Source: Promethearchaeota archaeon
Lineage (GTDB): Archaea; Asgardarchaeota; Lokiarchaeia; Sigyniarchaeales; SOKP01
Direction of reading: 5' to 3'
NCBI GenBank assembly: GCA_048941265.1
Contig: JBHLNT010000065.1
Coordinates: 1-22,203 of the forward strand
Length of the DNA stretch: 22,203 bases
Position numbers and translations under genes: made by a program. Below the pieces are notes generated by a model. It saw only the letters and a list, made by a program, of their open reading frames with translations. It ran no database searches and had not been told where the DNA came from. Position 1 is the stretch's first letter. Each line of letters starts with the position of its first letter. Below, one piece after another: positions 14,414-22,203 of this stretch.

Positions 14414-16810
14414 TTGGTTTCTAAAACACCCATGAAAAGAACTATAAAATTAAAAAATAATTTGCTCTCAAGCTCCTATGATTTATGCGTGCAGCGGCTT
14501 AAATTTTTTACTGAAATTTATAAAATTAATGAGAATGAGCCCGAAATCATAAAAAAAGCCAAAGCTATCTCTTATACATTAAATAAAATGAAAATTTTCA
14601 TCAGAGATGATGAGCTACTAGTTGGTAATGAGACAAGTAAAAATCTTGGTGAAAAATTAACATTTGAGCTATATTCTTTTAAGGGATTTAAAGATAAAGA
14701 AAGTTTGAAGCAATTAGGAGTACGTAAACCACAACCTTTCCTTATTTCAGATGGAGAAATTGAAAATTTGATTCGAATTATTCCTTTTTGGAAAGGAAAA
14801 TCGCTCTACGATGATATTATCTATAAAAGAATGCAAGATGAGAAGATAATAACAAGAGATGACAATACAGCCGGGTCTGCTCCGAATATTGCCGTAATGG
14901 TCGGAACTAATGAGGGCCATATTTGTGCGGGGTACGAAAAATTATTGAAATTAGGTTATTCTGGCATAATTAAAGAAGCAGAATATTTTCAAAAGAGATT
15001 GAAGCAAGATGACCCTGAATATAAAGAAAAATGTACGTTTTATGATGCTATTAAGATATATTATCGCGCAGCTATAGAATTTGCGCTTCGATATTCTAAA
15101 CTTGCTTATAAAATGGCTAAAAGCGAAAAGAATTTTAAAAGAAAAAGCGAATTACATTCAATTGCAGAATGTATGGAAGTTATCTCAAAAAGAGCACCAA
15201 TTTCATTTTATGAGGCGATTCAATGTATATGGTTTACTCAAAATATAGCAAACATTATTTATTATCGGAGTGTTCTAGCTTTAGGCAGATTAGATCAAAT
15301 CTTGTGGCCATTTTATCATAAAGATATTAAGGATCATAAAATAACCAGAGAACATGCTTTAGAGCTTATAGAAGAATTAAACTTAAAACTAACCTGGAAT
15401 TGTACATTACTACCTACAAATTATACAGCAGCAGCGAACGCGATTGGTTTAAATACGCAAACAATAACGATTTCTGGAAGTGATAAAAAAGGAGCTGATG
15501 CCACGAATGAACTCTCCTACTTATTCTTAGAAGCCTATAAAAACATAAAATCTCTTACATCAGATCTTTCAATCAGAATCCATAAAAATACACCTAAGAA
15601 ATTTTTTCTAGAAGCTTTAAAGGTGTTTCAATCTACCTCTGGAATCGCTTTTTATAATGACGAAATTATAGTTCCGGCATTAAATAAGGCAGGATATTCA
15701 ATAGAGGATGCTCGGAATTATGTGATTATTGGCTGTGTAGAGCCCACATCCCAAGGAAATACATATGCAGCCACTGGACATATGTTTTTAAATTTACCAG
15801 GTGTATTGGAATTAACGCTTAATAATGGCTATAGTCATTTTTCTGGTCAGAGTGATGGACTACAAACTGGAGATCCTGCCAGCTTTAAGACATATAATGA
15901 TTTCTATAAAGCTTTCACAATACAACTTCAGTTTAATATTAAAAAGGCAGTCCAAATTGCTAATTTAATGGATGAAGAAGCAATTAGGTGGTGTCAACAG
16001 CCATTTATCTCCGCAACACTCGAGGATTGTTTAGAAAATGGAAAGGACTATACTCAGGGAGGAACAAAATATAATTTCTCTTCAATTACTGCTTTCAGTT
16101 TTGCTAGTTTAGTAAATTCGATGTATAATATAAAAAAATTGGTCTATGAGCAAAAATTAATGACTTTACCCGAATTCATCAATATTTTAAATGCAAATTT
16201 TAAAAAACAAAAAGTACTTCGCAAGGAATTATTAAATAAATATCAAAAATGGGGTAATGACCAAGATGAAATAGATGCTATGGCAGCTGAATTATGGGAC
16301 CTTTATTGCCAAGAAGTAATTAAACATAAACCTCTTAGAGGAGGTCGATTCAATCCAGGTGCTTATTCAATGGGTATTCATGTTTTAGAAGGTTTAATTA
16401 CTATAGCTTCTGCAGATGGTAGAAAATCATTTCAGCCTTTATCTAACAGCTTATCCCCGGCTAATCAGACTGAAAAGCATGGCATCACAGCAGCATTAAA
16501 TTCTATCTCGAAATTAAATTATTCATTAGCAACTAATGGGGTGGCGGTAAATATGAGATTTCATCCTCAAAATCTTGAGGGAAGTGAGAATTTAGAGAAA
16601 TTCTATTATCTTATAAAAACCTATTTCGAGAAAGGTGGCATGCAAATACAGCCTACAGTTGTTTCTACTGAAACCCTTAGGGATGCTCAGAAACATCCTG
16701 AGAATTATCCCGATTTAATAGTAAAAGTGGGAGGTTATAATGCAAATTTTACCGATCTTGGCACTGCTATCCAAAATGACATAATTGATCGTTTAGAAAT
16801 TAACTTATAA
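14414..16810 (+). CDS. Glycyl radical enzyme (PFL2/PflD-like single-Cys class, substrate unknown)
   Basis: IRDDELLVG, LGRLDQ.L.PFY, DATNELSYL.L, Cys loop IGCVEP (C441), Gly loop LIVKVGGYNANF (G774), QNDIIDR terminus; SD GAGGA. Confidence 0.93.
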   Translation: MVSKTPMKRTIKLKNNLLSSSYDLCVQRLKFFTEIYKINENEPEIIKKAKAISYTLNKMKIFIRDDELLVGNETSKNLGEKLTFELYSFKGFKDKESLKQLGVRKPQPFLISDGEIENLIRIIPFWKGKSLYDDIIYKRMQDEKIITRDDNTAGSAPNIAVMVGTNEGHICAGYEKLLKLGYSGIIKEAEYFQKRLKQDDPEYKEKCTFYDAIKIYYRAAIEFALRYSKLAYKMAKSEKNFKRKSELHSIAECMEVISKRAPISFYEAIQCIWFTQNIANIIYYRSVLALGRLDQILWPFYHKDIKDHKITREHALELIEELNLKLTWNCTLLPTNYTAAANAIGLNTQTITISGSDKKGADATNELSYLFLEAYKNIKSLTSDLSIRIHKNTPKKFFLEALKVFQSTSGIAFYNDEIIVPALNKAGYSIEDARNYVIIGCVEPTSQGNTYAATGHMFLNLPGVLELTLNNGYSHFSGQSDGLQTGDPASFKTYNDFYKAFTIQLQFNIKKAVQIANLMDEEAIRWCQQPFISATLEDCLENGKDYTQGGTKYNFSSITAFSFASLVNSMYNIKKLVYEQKLMTLPEFINILNANFKKQKVLRKELLNKYQKWGNDQDEIDAMAAELWDLYCQEVIKHKPLRGGRFNPGAYSMGIHVLEGLITIASADGRKSFQPLSNSLSPANQTEKHGITAALNSISKLNYSLATNGVAVNMRFHPQNLEGSENLEKFYYLIKTYFEKGGMQIQPTVVSTETLRDAQKHPENYPDLIVKVGGYNANFTDLGTAIQNDIIDRLEINL

Positions 16811-16844
16811 TTAAATTCACTTACTTAATAAGTTGGTGTAATTA

Positions 16845-17657
16845 CTGAAAATAGCGTTATTTTATTTTTCTGGAACTGGAAACACTGAAAGAATTGCGGA
16901 AGCAATTGCTAATGAATTGACAGAAAAAAATGTTGAGATTAATAATTTTAATATTACGAGCTATAAGGAAAGGCAACAAAATTATGACCTAGCTTCATAT
17001 AACGTTATAATTTTCGGATTTCCGATATATGCATGGAGGGCTCCATCGGTTGTAAGAACTTGGCTTAAATCTTTAAATGGAAATGGAAAAAAATGTGCTA
17101 CTTTCTTTACTTATGGAGGGGTTTCTACAGGTGTAGCTCATTATAATACTATGAAAATTTTAGAAGGGAGTAATTTTATTCTCATTGGATCTTCAGAATT
17201 TCCTGGCAAACATACATTTAACTTAGCAGGATGGAATTTATTAGAAAATCGCCCTGACAAGGGAGATTTCGAAATTGCTAAAGAGTTTGCAAGAAAAATT
17301 TTGAAAAAATTTCAAGAAAAGGATTTTAATAAAATAGAAATTGGAGATCCTACTATTTCAGAGCAAATTCTTGAGAGACACGAGAAACGAGAGAAAAATC
17401 TTCCTACACCATCGAGGAGAGGAGCAGATTGCAGTATGTGTCGAACCTGTGAACAAGTTTGCCCTTCAGGGGCAATGAATGCAGATACAGGGGAGGTGGA
17501 TAATAATAAATGTCTAAGATGCTTAAGATGCATGATTAATTGCCCTGACAATGTATTAGAAATAGCAGATATGAGTAAGCTAAGCAAATTCATTTTAAAT
17601 GCAAATAATATTACTAAAAATGAGTTAGAAAGAAAAGTAAGTAAAATTTATTGCTAA
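16845..17657 (+). CDS. EFR1-type flavodoxin-ferredoxin fusion (270 aa; CTG start; ORF track start at 16917 is truncated)
   Basis: Extension of the frame gives (M)KIALFYFSGTGNTERIA, the FMN phosphate loop, then GFPIY and TYGG, and C-terminal CSMCRTCEQVCP / CLRCLRCMINCP. In-frame stop at 16839-16841; GGTG 6 nt before CTG. Confidence 0.9.
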   Translation: MKIALFYFSGTGNTERIAEAIANELTEKNVEINNFNITSYKERQQNYDLASYNVIIFGFPIYAWRAPSVVRTWLKSLNGNGKKCATFFTYGGVSTGVAHYNTMKILEGSNFILIGSSEFPGKHTFNLAGWNLLENRPDKGDFEIAKEFARKILKKFQEKDFNKIEIGDPTISEQILERHEKREKNLPTPSRRGADCSMCRTCEQVCPSGAMNADTGEVDNNKCLRCLRCMINCPDNVLEIADMSKLSKFILNANNITKNELERKVSKIYC

Positions 17658-17699
17658 TTTCATTTAATATGGTATTATGAAAGGATATTGAATATAATT

Positions 17700-18353
17700 T
17701 TATCCCTCAAACATTATTTTTTTTTTAATTATTTTTCTCAACATTACTGATAACGCAGATTTCGATTTCCCCAATTGGTTTGCCAGTTCTTCTAAAGAAA
17801 TTTTTCTAGGAACTTCAAAAAATCCTTTATTTATCGCCTGTTCTAGAACTTCAGATTCTTCCAAGCTTAATTTATTTTTACCATCAGTAATTTCGAATGG
17901 AGCATTTCCTATTCTAAGTAATTCGTAATTAATATGTTTTTCATCGAATAAAGTTAATAATTGATCTATCCTGTCTCGCGTGGCAATCAATCTCCAATAT
18001 GCATGGCCATCTCTTACATTAACCGGGAAATTGACAAGTACTCCACATTTAATTACACCATATAATAAATAAGGATCTTTTGTTTTTACATTAAATTTAA
18101 CTCTATGTTCCTCCTTTTCTAAAAGACTGAATTCCAAGACAGAAGGATGGTTTTTAACCTCTTCTAAAATATCATCAATTTTATAATGTTGTATTTCAAT
18201 TAAAGCATTTCCAATAGAGTTTTCTATATCATATGGTAAGAAATGAGAGATTTCCATTTGCAGGTCTTTATAATTTTTAAAGATCTGAGAAATCCAGATT
18301 TCCTCAGGAAATTTGATTTTTACACGGGCCAAAGATGGTTTCTCGAGAGTCAT
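17700..18353 (-). CDS. Bat-type (HTH_10) transcriptional regulator
   Basis: C-terminal LS.EESEVLEQAINKGFFEVPRKISLEELANQLGKSKSALSVMLRK is the bacterio-opsin activator HTH signature; ATG 18353 preferred over TTG 18371. Confidence 0.88.
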   Translation of the reverse strand: MTLEKPSLARVKIKFPEEIWISQIFKNYKDLQMEISHFLPYDIENSIGNALIEIQHYKIDDILEEVKNHPSVLEFSLLEKEEHRVKFNVKTKDPYLLYGVIKCGVLVNFPVNVRDGHAYWRLIATRDRIDQLLTLFDEKHINYELLRIGNAPFEITDGKNKLSLEESEVLEQAINKGFFEVPRKISLEELANQLGKSKSALSVMLRKIIKKKIMFEG

Positions 18354-18479
18354 ATTTAAAAAAAATAACAAATTTAGTTTTTTTCTATGTCCTATTTAAG
18401 ATTAATTTAATGTTCCCAATGATTCATTCTTCAAATATTTTTAATCTTTAAAGTATCAATAGATTTTTTCATTACACTA

Positions 18480-19406
18480 TCATTTTGGATCTAATCGAAA
18501 TTTCATGTTATCTTCTCCCAATATAATTTCTCCATCAAAAACATCGGAAACACCTTTCAAATAAGTGTCCTCTGCCAATTTATTTGTTAATGGAGGTACA
18601 ATATGGACATATACAATTTTTTTTACATTAGCTTCTTTAGCTAATTCAGCAGCAACAATAGGTTCCATGTGATATTCTTGGATATCTGTCATAATTTTAG
18701 CTAATCTATTAAGATTACGTGATTTTGCCCCAGCAATCACAGGCTTCAACATATCATAAGAAATGGCTTCACTAAAGAGAATATCTGCATCCTTACAATG
18801 CTTAACGAGATTCTCTGTTTTTATCGTATCACCGGTTATGGTAACAATTCTTCCTTTAAATTCTATCCGATAGCCTATAGCGGGTTTTACAGGAGAATGA
18901 TCCACTTCAAATGCATAGACTTTTAGTTCATTTCTATCAAAAACTAATTCTCTCTTATTAGGAGCTTGTATTGAAATAGTTTTGCTTATAGGTGTACCTG
19001 CTTCAGGTGGCATAATGTCTTTCCCATGATGGGCAATTCTATATCCTGTATCAAATTCATAGGCCATTATAAATCCGTTCACAACTTTTTCCACGCCCTC
19101 AGGGCCGTATATTTCCAATGCTTTTGCTCTTCCCATAGCCCAAGACAACATATTCGCCTCTCCAAGATCTCCAATATGATCTGAATGAAAATGGGTAAGA
19201 AATATAGCACTTAGATGCGCTGCTGGAAGTCTCAATATATCAAGATTTCGGTATGATCCCGGTCCAATATCAACAAGAATAAATTCCCCATTTGCTATAA
19301 TTGCAATACTTGGAGCAACTCTTAAATTATTGTTAATTGGTCCACCGCTACCTAATAGAAAAATGTGTAGACGTCCATCTCTTAATATTTTATCTAAACT
19401 CATCAT
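18480..19406 (-). CDS. MBL-fold metallo-hydrolase, RNase Z/arylsulfatase-like
   Basis: LLGSGGP, VDIGPG, THFHSDH, VDHSPV, ITGDT, YH, VH motifs. Confidence 0.9.
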   Translation of the reverse strand: MMSLDKILRDGRLHIFLLGSGGPINNNLRVAPSIAIIANGEFILVDIGPGSYRNLDILRLPAAHLSAIFLTHFHSDHIGDLGEANMLSWAMGRAKALEIYGPEGVEKVVNGFIMAYEFDTGYRIAHHGKDIMPPEAGTPISKTISIQAPNKRELVFDRNELKVYAFEVDHSPVKPAIGYRIEFKGRIVTITGDTIKTENLVKHCKDADILFSEAISYDMLKPVIAGAKSRNLNRLAKIMTDIQEYHMEPIVAAELAKEANVKKIVYVHIVPPLTNKLAEDTYLKGVSDVFDGEIILGEDNMKFRLDPK

Positions 19407-19580
19407 AACTCTTAAATTACCGATTATCTATTTATTCTATTTTTATAATATGAATATTAAAACAAAAATAAGAGTATTTTAATTTTGAATCAAGATATAC
19501 CAATTTAAATCATTTAATTATTTACTTATTTCCCAATAAAGTTTATAGTCGATAGCTTTAATTTTAAAAAAAACATAAAA

Positions 19581-20186
19581 ATGATTATGAGTCAAGATGA
19601 AAATTTCCTTTTGGGTATATGCGGAAGTCCAAGAAATCAAGGAACTGAATTTGCAGTTCATTACGCTTTGAATTACGCAAAAGAAAAATTCGGATTTAAA
19701 ACAGAATTTTGGACCGCTAGAGCAAAAGAGATAAAGTTCTGTATACATTGTGATTATTGTATTCGAGAAAAAAAAGGATGTATTCATAAGGATGATTTAC
19801 AGGATCTCTACCCTTTAGTAGAAAAGTCAAAATTTCTTCTCTTAGGCACTCCAGTTTTTCAAGGTAATTTATCAGGACAATTAAAGACCATAATGGACAG
19901 AATGCGAGCGTTAATAGCTAAAAATCCAGTTGTTTTCAAGAATAAAATAGGTATGGCATTAGCAGTTGGAGGGGATCGTAGTGGAGGACAAGAAATTGCA
20001 ATTAGATCTATTTTAGATTTTTTTCAGCAAAATCATGTGATATCAGTGTCGGGTGGTGCTTTTGGGGCAAATTTAGGGGCAAGTTTATGGACAAAAGATT
20101 TAGGTAAAAAAGGAGTTGAGAGTGATGAAGTAGGTCTAAGATCAATTAGAAAAGTTATAAAAAGGTTAGCAGAATTTAAAAAATAA
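19581..20186 (+). CDS. Iron-sulfur flavoprotein (Isf-like, NADPH-dependent FMN reductase fold)
   Basis: GSPRNQGT, compact CIHCDYC-x6-C cluster motif, GTPVF, DR, GGDRSGGQE. Confidence 0.92.
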   Translation: MIMSQDENFLLGICGSPRNQGTEFAVHYALNYAKEKFGFKTEFWTARAKEIKFCIHCDYCIREKKGCIHKDDLQDLYPLVEKSKFLLLGTPVFQGNLSGQLKTIMDRMRALIAKNPVVFKNKIGMALAVGGDRSGGQEIAIRSILDFFQQNHVISVSGGAFGANLGASLWTKDLGKKGVESDEVGLRSIRKVIKRLAEFKK

Positions 20187-20449
20187 CTAATTTAAAGTTA
20201 AATTATTTAAATATTAACACCATTAACAAAAAAGTGAGCAAATTGTTGTCCCTAATAGATTACTCTTATCTTGTTAGAAGTTTAAAAATAATTATTTTGA
20301 TAGATTTTAATTTGATATTATTTGATATTTTTCCTTTTTTAATTCAACCGTAAAATTTAGTTTTTAAATGTTTATTTTTAAAGAATTTTATTTATATATG
20401 AAATTTACTTCTTAATAAAAAATAAATACAATTAGAGGAGTGAAATTTT

Positions 20450-21406
20450 ATTAGTCAAATCCAAATAACTTTACCAAATGAGCGTAAAGAATTAATAGAT
20501 AAAATCTTATTAATTTTAAAAGAACAACTTGGAATTAAAAACTTGATTTTAATTACAGCTGAAAAGAACTCGCTTATTATTTTGAGATGTCAAAGAACTG
20601 AAGTACCTGATGTTATTAAATTACTCAATAAAAATGGGATTGGGACCATTGAAGGTTTAATTGATATTTTAAAGCTTAGTGCATCAATCCCTCCTATTAG
20701 CATGTTAGAGAAAGAACAAGATAAAACAATTGAACCATCCTATAAAAAAAGAGTATCAATAGAAGAAATAGAACAATATCTGGAAGGAAAAATTCAATTA
20801 AATTTTAATTATATTATCTTTATATTATTATCTGCTATTATTGCGGGAGCAGGACTTATCTTAAACTCCCCAGTCTTCATCATAGCTTCCATGATTTTAT
20901 CTCCCTTAATAGGTCCTATTCTGGGATTATCATTTGGAATAGTAAGTAAAAACAAACCTATGGTTAAAAAAGGAATTATTAACCAAATAATTGGTTTGTC
21001 ACTTTCCATAGGAATAGGATCATTATTAGGGATTTTAGCCATTATCATCTATGGAACCCCAGAAGTAACAACAGAGATGTTGTTAAGGAATTTTCCCAAT
21101 TATTTTGATATAATTATCGCTATATGTGCAGGAATTGCAGTAGGTTTTGTGATAACGGAGGATATTAAAAGTACATTAATAGGTATTGCTATAGCAGCTT
21201 CAATTACCCCTCCTGCTGTAAATATTGGAATTAGTTTAATTTATAACGAATGGAGCTTATGTTTTGGAAGCTTATTACTACTTATCGCAAACATCCTTAT
21301 AATAAATATATGTGCTGTATGTGTCTTTAAACTAAAGAAAATAGGTAAAATACGGCAACCATATATATTTTGGAGAGGGCCTGAAGAGACTATTGATAAT
21401 GAGTAA
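20450..21406 (+). CDS. DUF389 / TIGR00341-type membrane protein (318 aa; ATT start; ORF track start at 20543 is truncated)
   Basis: IA..GL..NSP..IIASMILSPLIGP and GIAIAASITPPA motifs. The frame opens after the TGA at 20441-20443 and reads (M)SQIQITLP; SD GAGGAGTG lies 7 nt before the ATT. Confidence 0.88.
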   Translation: MSQIQITLPNERKELIDKILLILKEQLGIKNLILITAEKNSLIILRCQRTEVPDVIKLLNKNGIGTIEGLIDILKLSASIPPISMLEKEQDKTIEPSYKKRVSIEEIEQYLEGKIQLNFNYIIFILLSAIIAGAGLILNSPVFIIASMILSPLIGPILGLSFGIVSKNKPMVKKGIINQIIGLSLSIGIGSLLGILAIIIYGTPEVTTEMLLRNFPNYFDIIIAICAGIAVGFVITEDIKSTLIGIAIAASITPPAVNIGISLIYNEWSLCFGSLLLLIANILIINICAVCVFKLKKIGKIRQPYIFWRGPEETIDNE

Positions 21407-21465
21407 AATTTTATTAATTAGCACTAAAATGAACTTTAATTTGTTTATTTTATATATCGAGAATT

Positions 21466-21623
21466 AAAAGAGATAAGGTTCTGTATACACTGTGATTTTT
21501 GTATTCGAGAAAAAAAAGGACGTATTCATAAGGATGATTTACAAGAAGTCTACCCTTTAGTAGAAAAGTCAAGGTTTAAGAACAATTAGAAAAGTAATGA
21601 AAAGATTAGCAGAATTTAAATGA
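21466..21623 (+). pseudogene. Internally deleted remnant of a second isf gene
   Basis: 21466-21572 matches 19724-19830 (7 mismatches in 107 nt) and is joined directly to 21572-21620, which matches 20132-20180 (5 in 49). The 5' end and about 302 internal nt are missing. Confidence 0.9.
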
Positions 21624-21769
21624 TAAATCTATTTTTTAATTATTTGGAGTTCTAATTTCAATCTAAATTCTAAAATTAGTTTATTGTGCTCTATTGAGTG
21701 ATAGTATATTAAATATATGTAAGTGTTAATTTATTATTTTAATTACAAACAAACTCAAAGTGATGATTT

Positions 21770-22203
21770 ATGGAATCTGAGAATGTGAATAGAGATTTAG
21801 TTCTTTATTTCATAATAACATATGCTTTTACATGGGTGTTATGGTTTCCAGCTGTGTTATATACAAATGGTTTAATAGGTGGTTCATATACAGTATATCT
21901 CGTATTAGGAATGATTGCACCCTTTGGTCCCATGGTGTCAGCGTTTAGTCTAACTTTAAAATTTGAAGGAAAGAGTGGTTTTAAAAATAATATGAAGAGA
22001 TGGCTTAATGTTAAATTAGGATGGTGGTGGATACCGTTGATAATTCTAATACCTATATCAGTGATTCTCGCACATTTATTAAATGTTTTTCTATTTGGAG
22101 GAATCTTTCCAGTGGCAACTATTCCATTATGGCTAATTCCTTTGATGTTTTTTATCTTTTTATTGATCGATGGTCCATTATTTGAGGAATTTGGATGGAG
22201 AGG
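21770..22203 (+). CDS. CPBP (CAAX/Abi) intramembrane glutamic endopeptidase, runs off the window end
   Basis: Manual translation MESENVNRDLVLYFIITYAFTWVLWFP...IAPFGP...GPLFEEFGWR, containing the EExxWR motif. Confidence 0.9.
   Translation, partial: MESENVNRDLVLYFIITYAFTWVLWFPAVLYTNGLIGGSYTVYLVLGMIAPFGPMVSAFSLTLKFEGKSGFKNNMKRWLNVKLGWWWIPLIILIPISVILAHLLNVFLFGGIFPVATIPLWLIPLMFFIFLLIDGPLFEEFGWR

Noticed and set aside
14414-16810. Annotation as true pyruvate formate-lyase (pflB)
   Set aside because: Lacks the adjacent Cys-Cys pair; has a single-Cys GCVE loop.
18480-19406. Assignment as the housekeeping tRNase Z (rnz)
   Set aside because: The MBL motifs are shared across the family and no clear GP-rich tRNA-binding exosite is visible, so no gene symbol was given.
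17312-21048. Minus-strand ORFs 17312-17593, 19518-19787, 20809-21048
   Set aside because: Antisense shadows of the EFR1, isf and DUF389 genes.

Overview
AT-rich archaeal DNA, probably from an Asgard (Lokiarchaeota-like) genome; this is inferred from gene styles, not from a marker gene. There are about 23 CDS and no recognisable rRNA, tRNA, CRISPR array or transposase. The left part encodes a HEAT-type helical protein, a Hel308/Ski2-like helicase with an internal SWIM Zn finger, several small Zn-binding proteins (one with the 8-Cys spacing of the DNMT3/ATRX ADD-type PHD finger), a free-standing ThrRS editing domain, a rubredoxin, and an APC permease plus YtcJ-like amidohydrolase. It also holds two ~110-120 nt intergenic fold-back elements that look like minus-strand structured RNAs. 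The right part is a redox/anaerobic cluster: an NAD(P)H oxidoreductase-rubredoxin fusion, a divergent rubredoxin, a 4Fe-4S protein, a glycyl-radical enzyme with an atypical Gly loop and no adjacent activase, an EFR1-type flavodoxin-ferredoxin, a Bat-type HTH regulator, an RNase Z-like MBL hydrolase, an Isf flavoprotein and DUF389. An internally deleted second isf copy and a partial CPBP protease end the window. Three genes need non-canonical starts (ATA/ATT, CTG, ATT) behind good SD motifs, so the ORF track truncates them; it also misses two rubredoxins and the CPBP gene.
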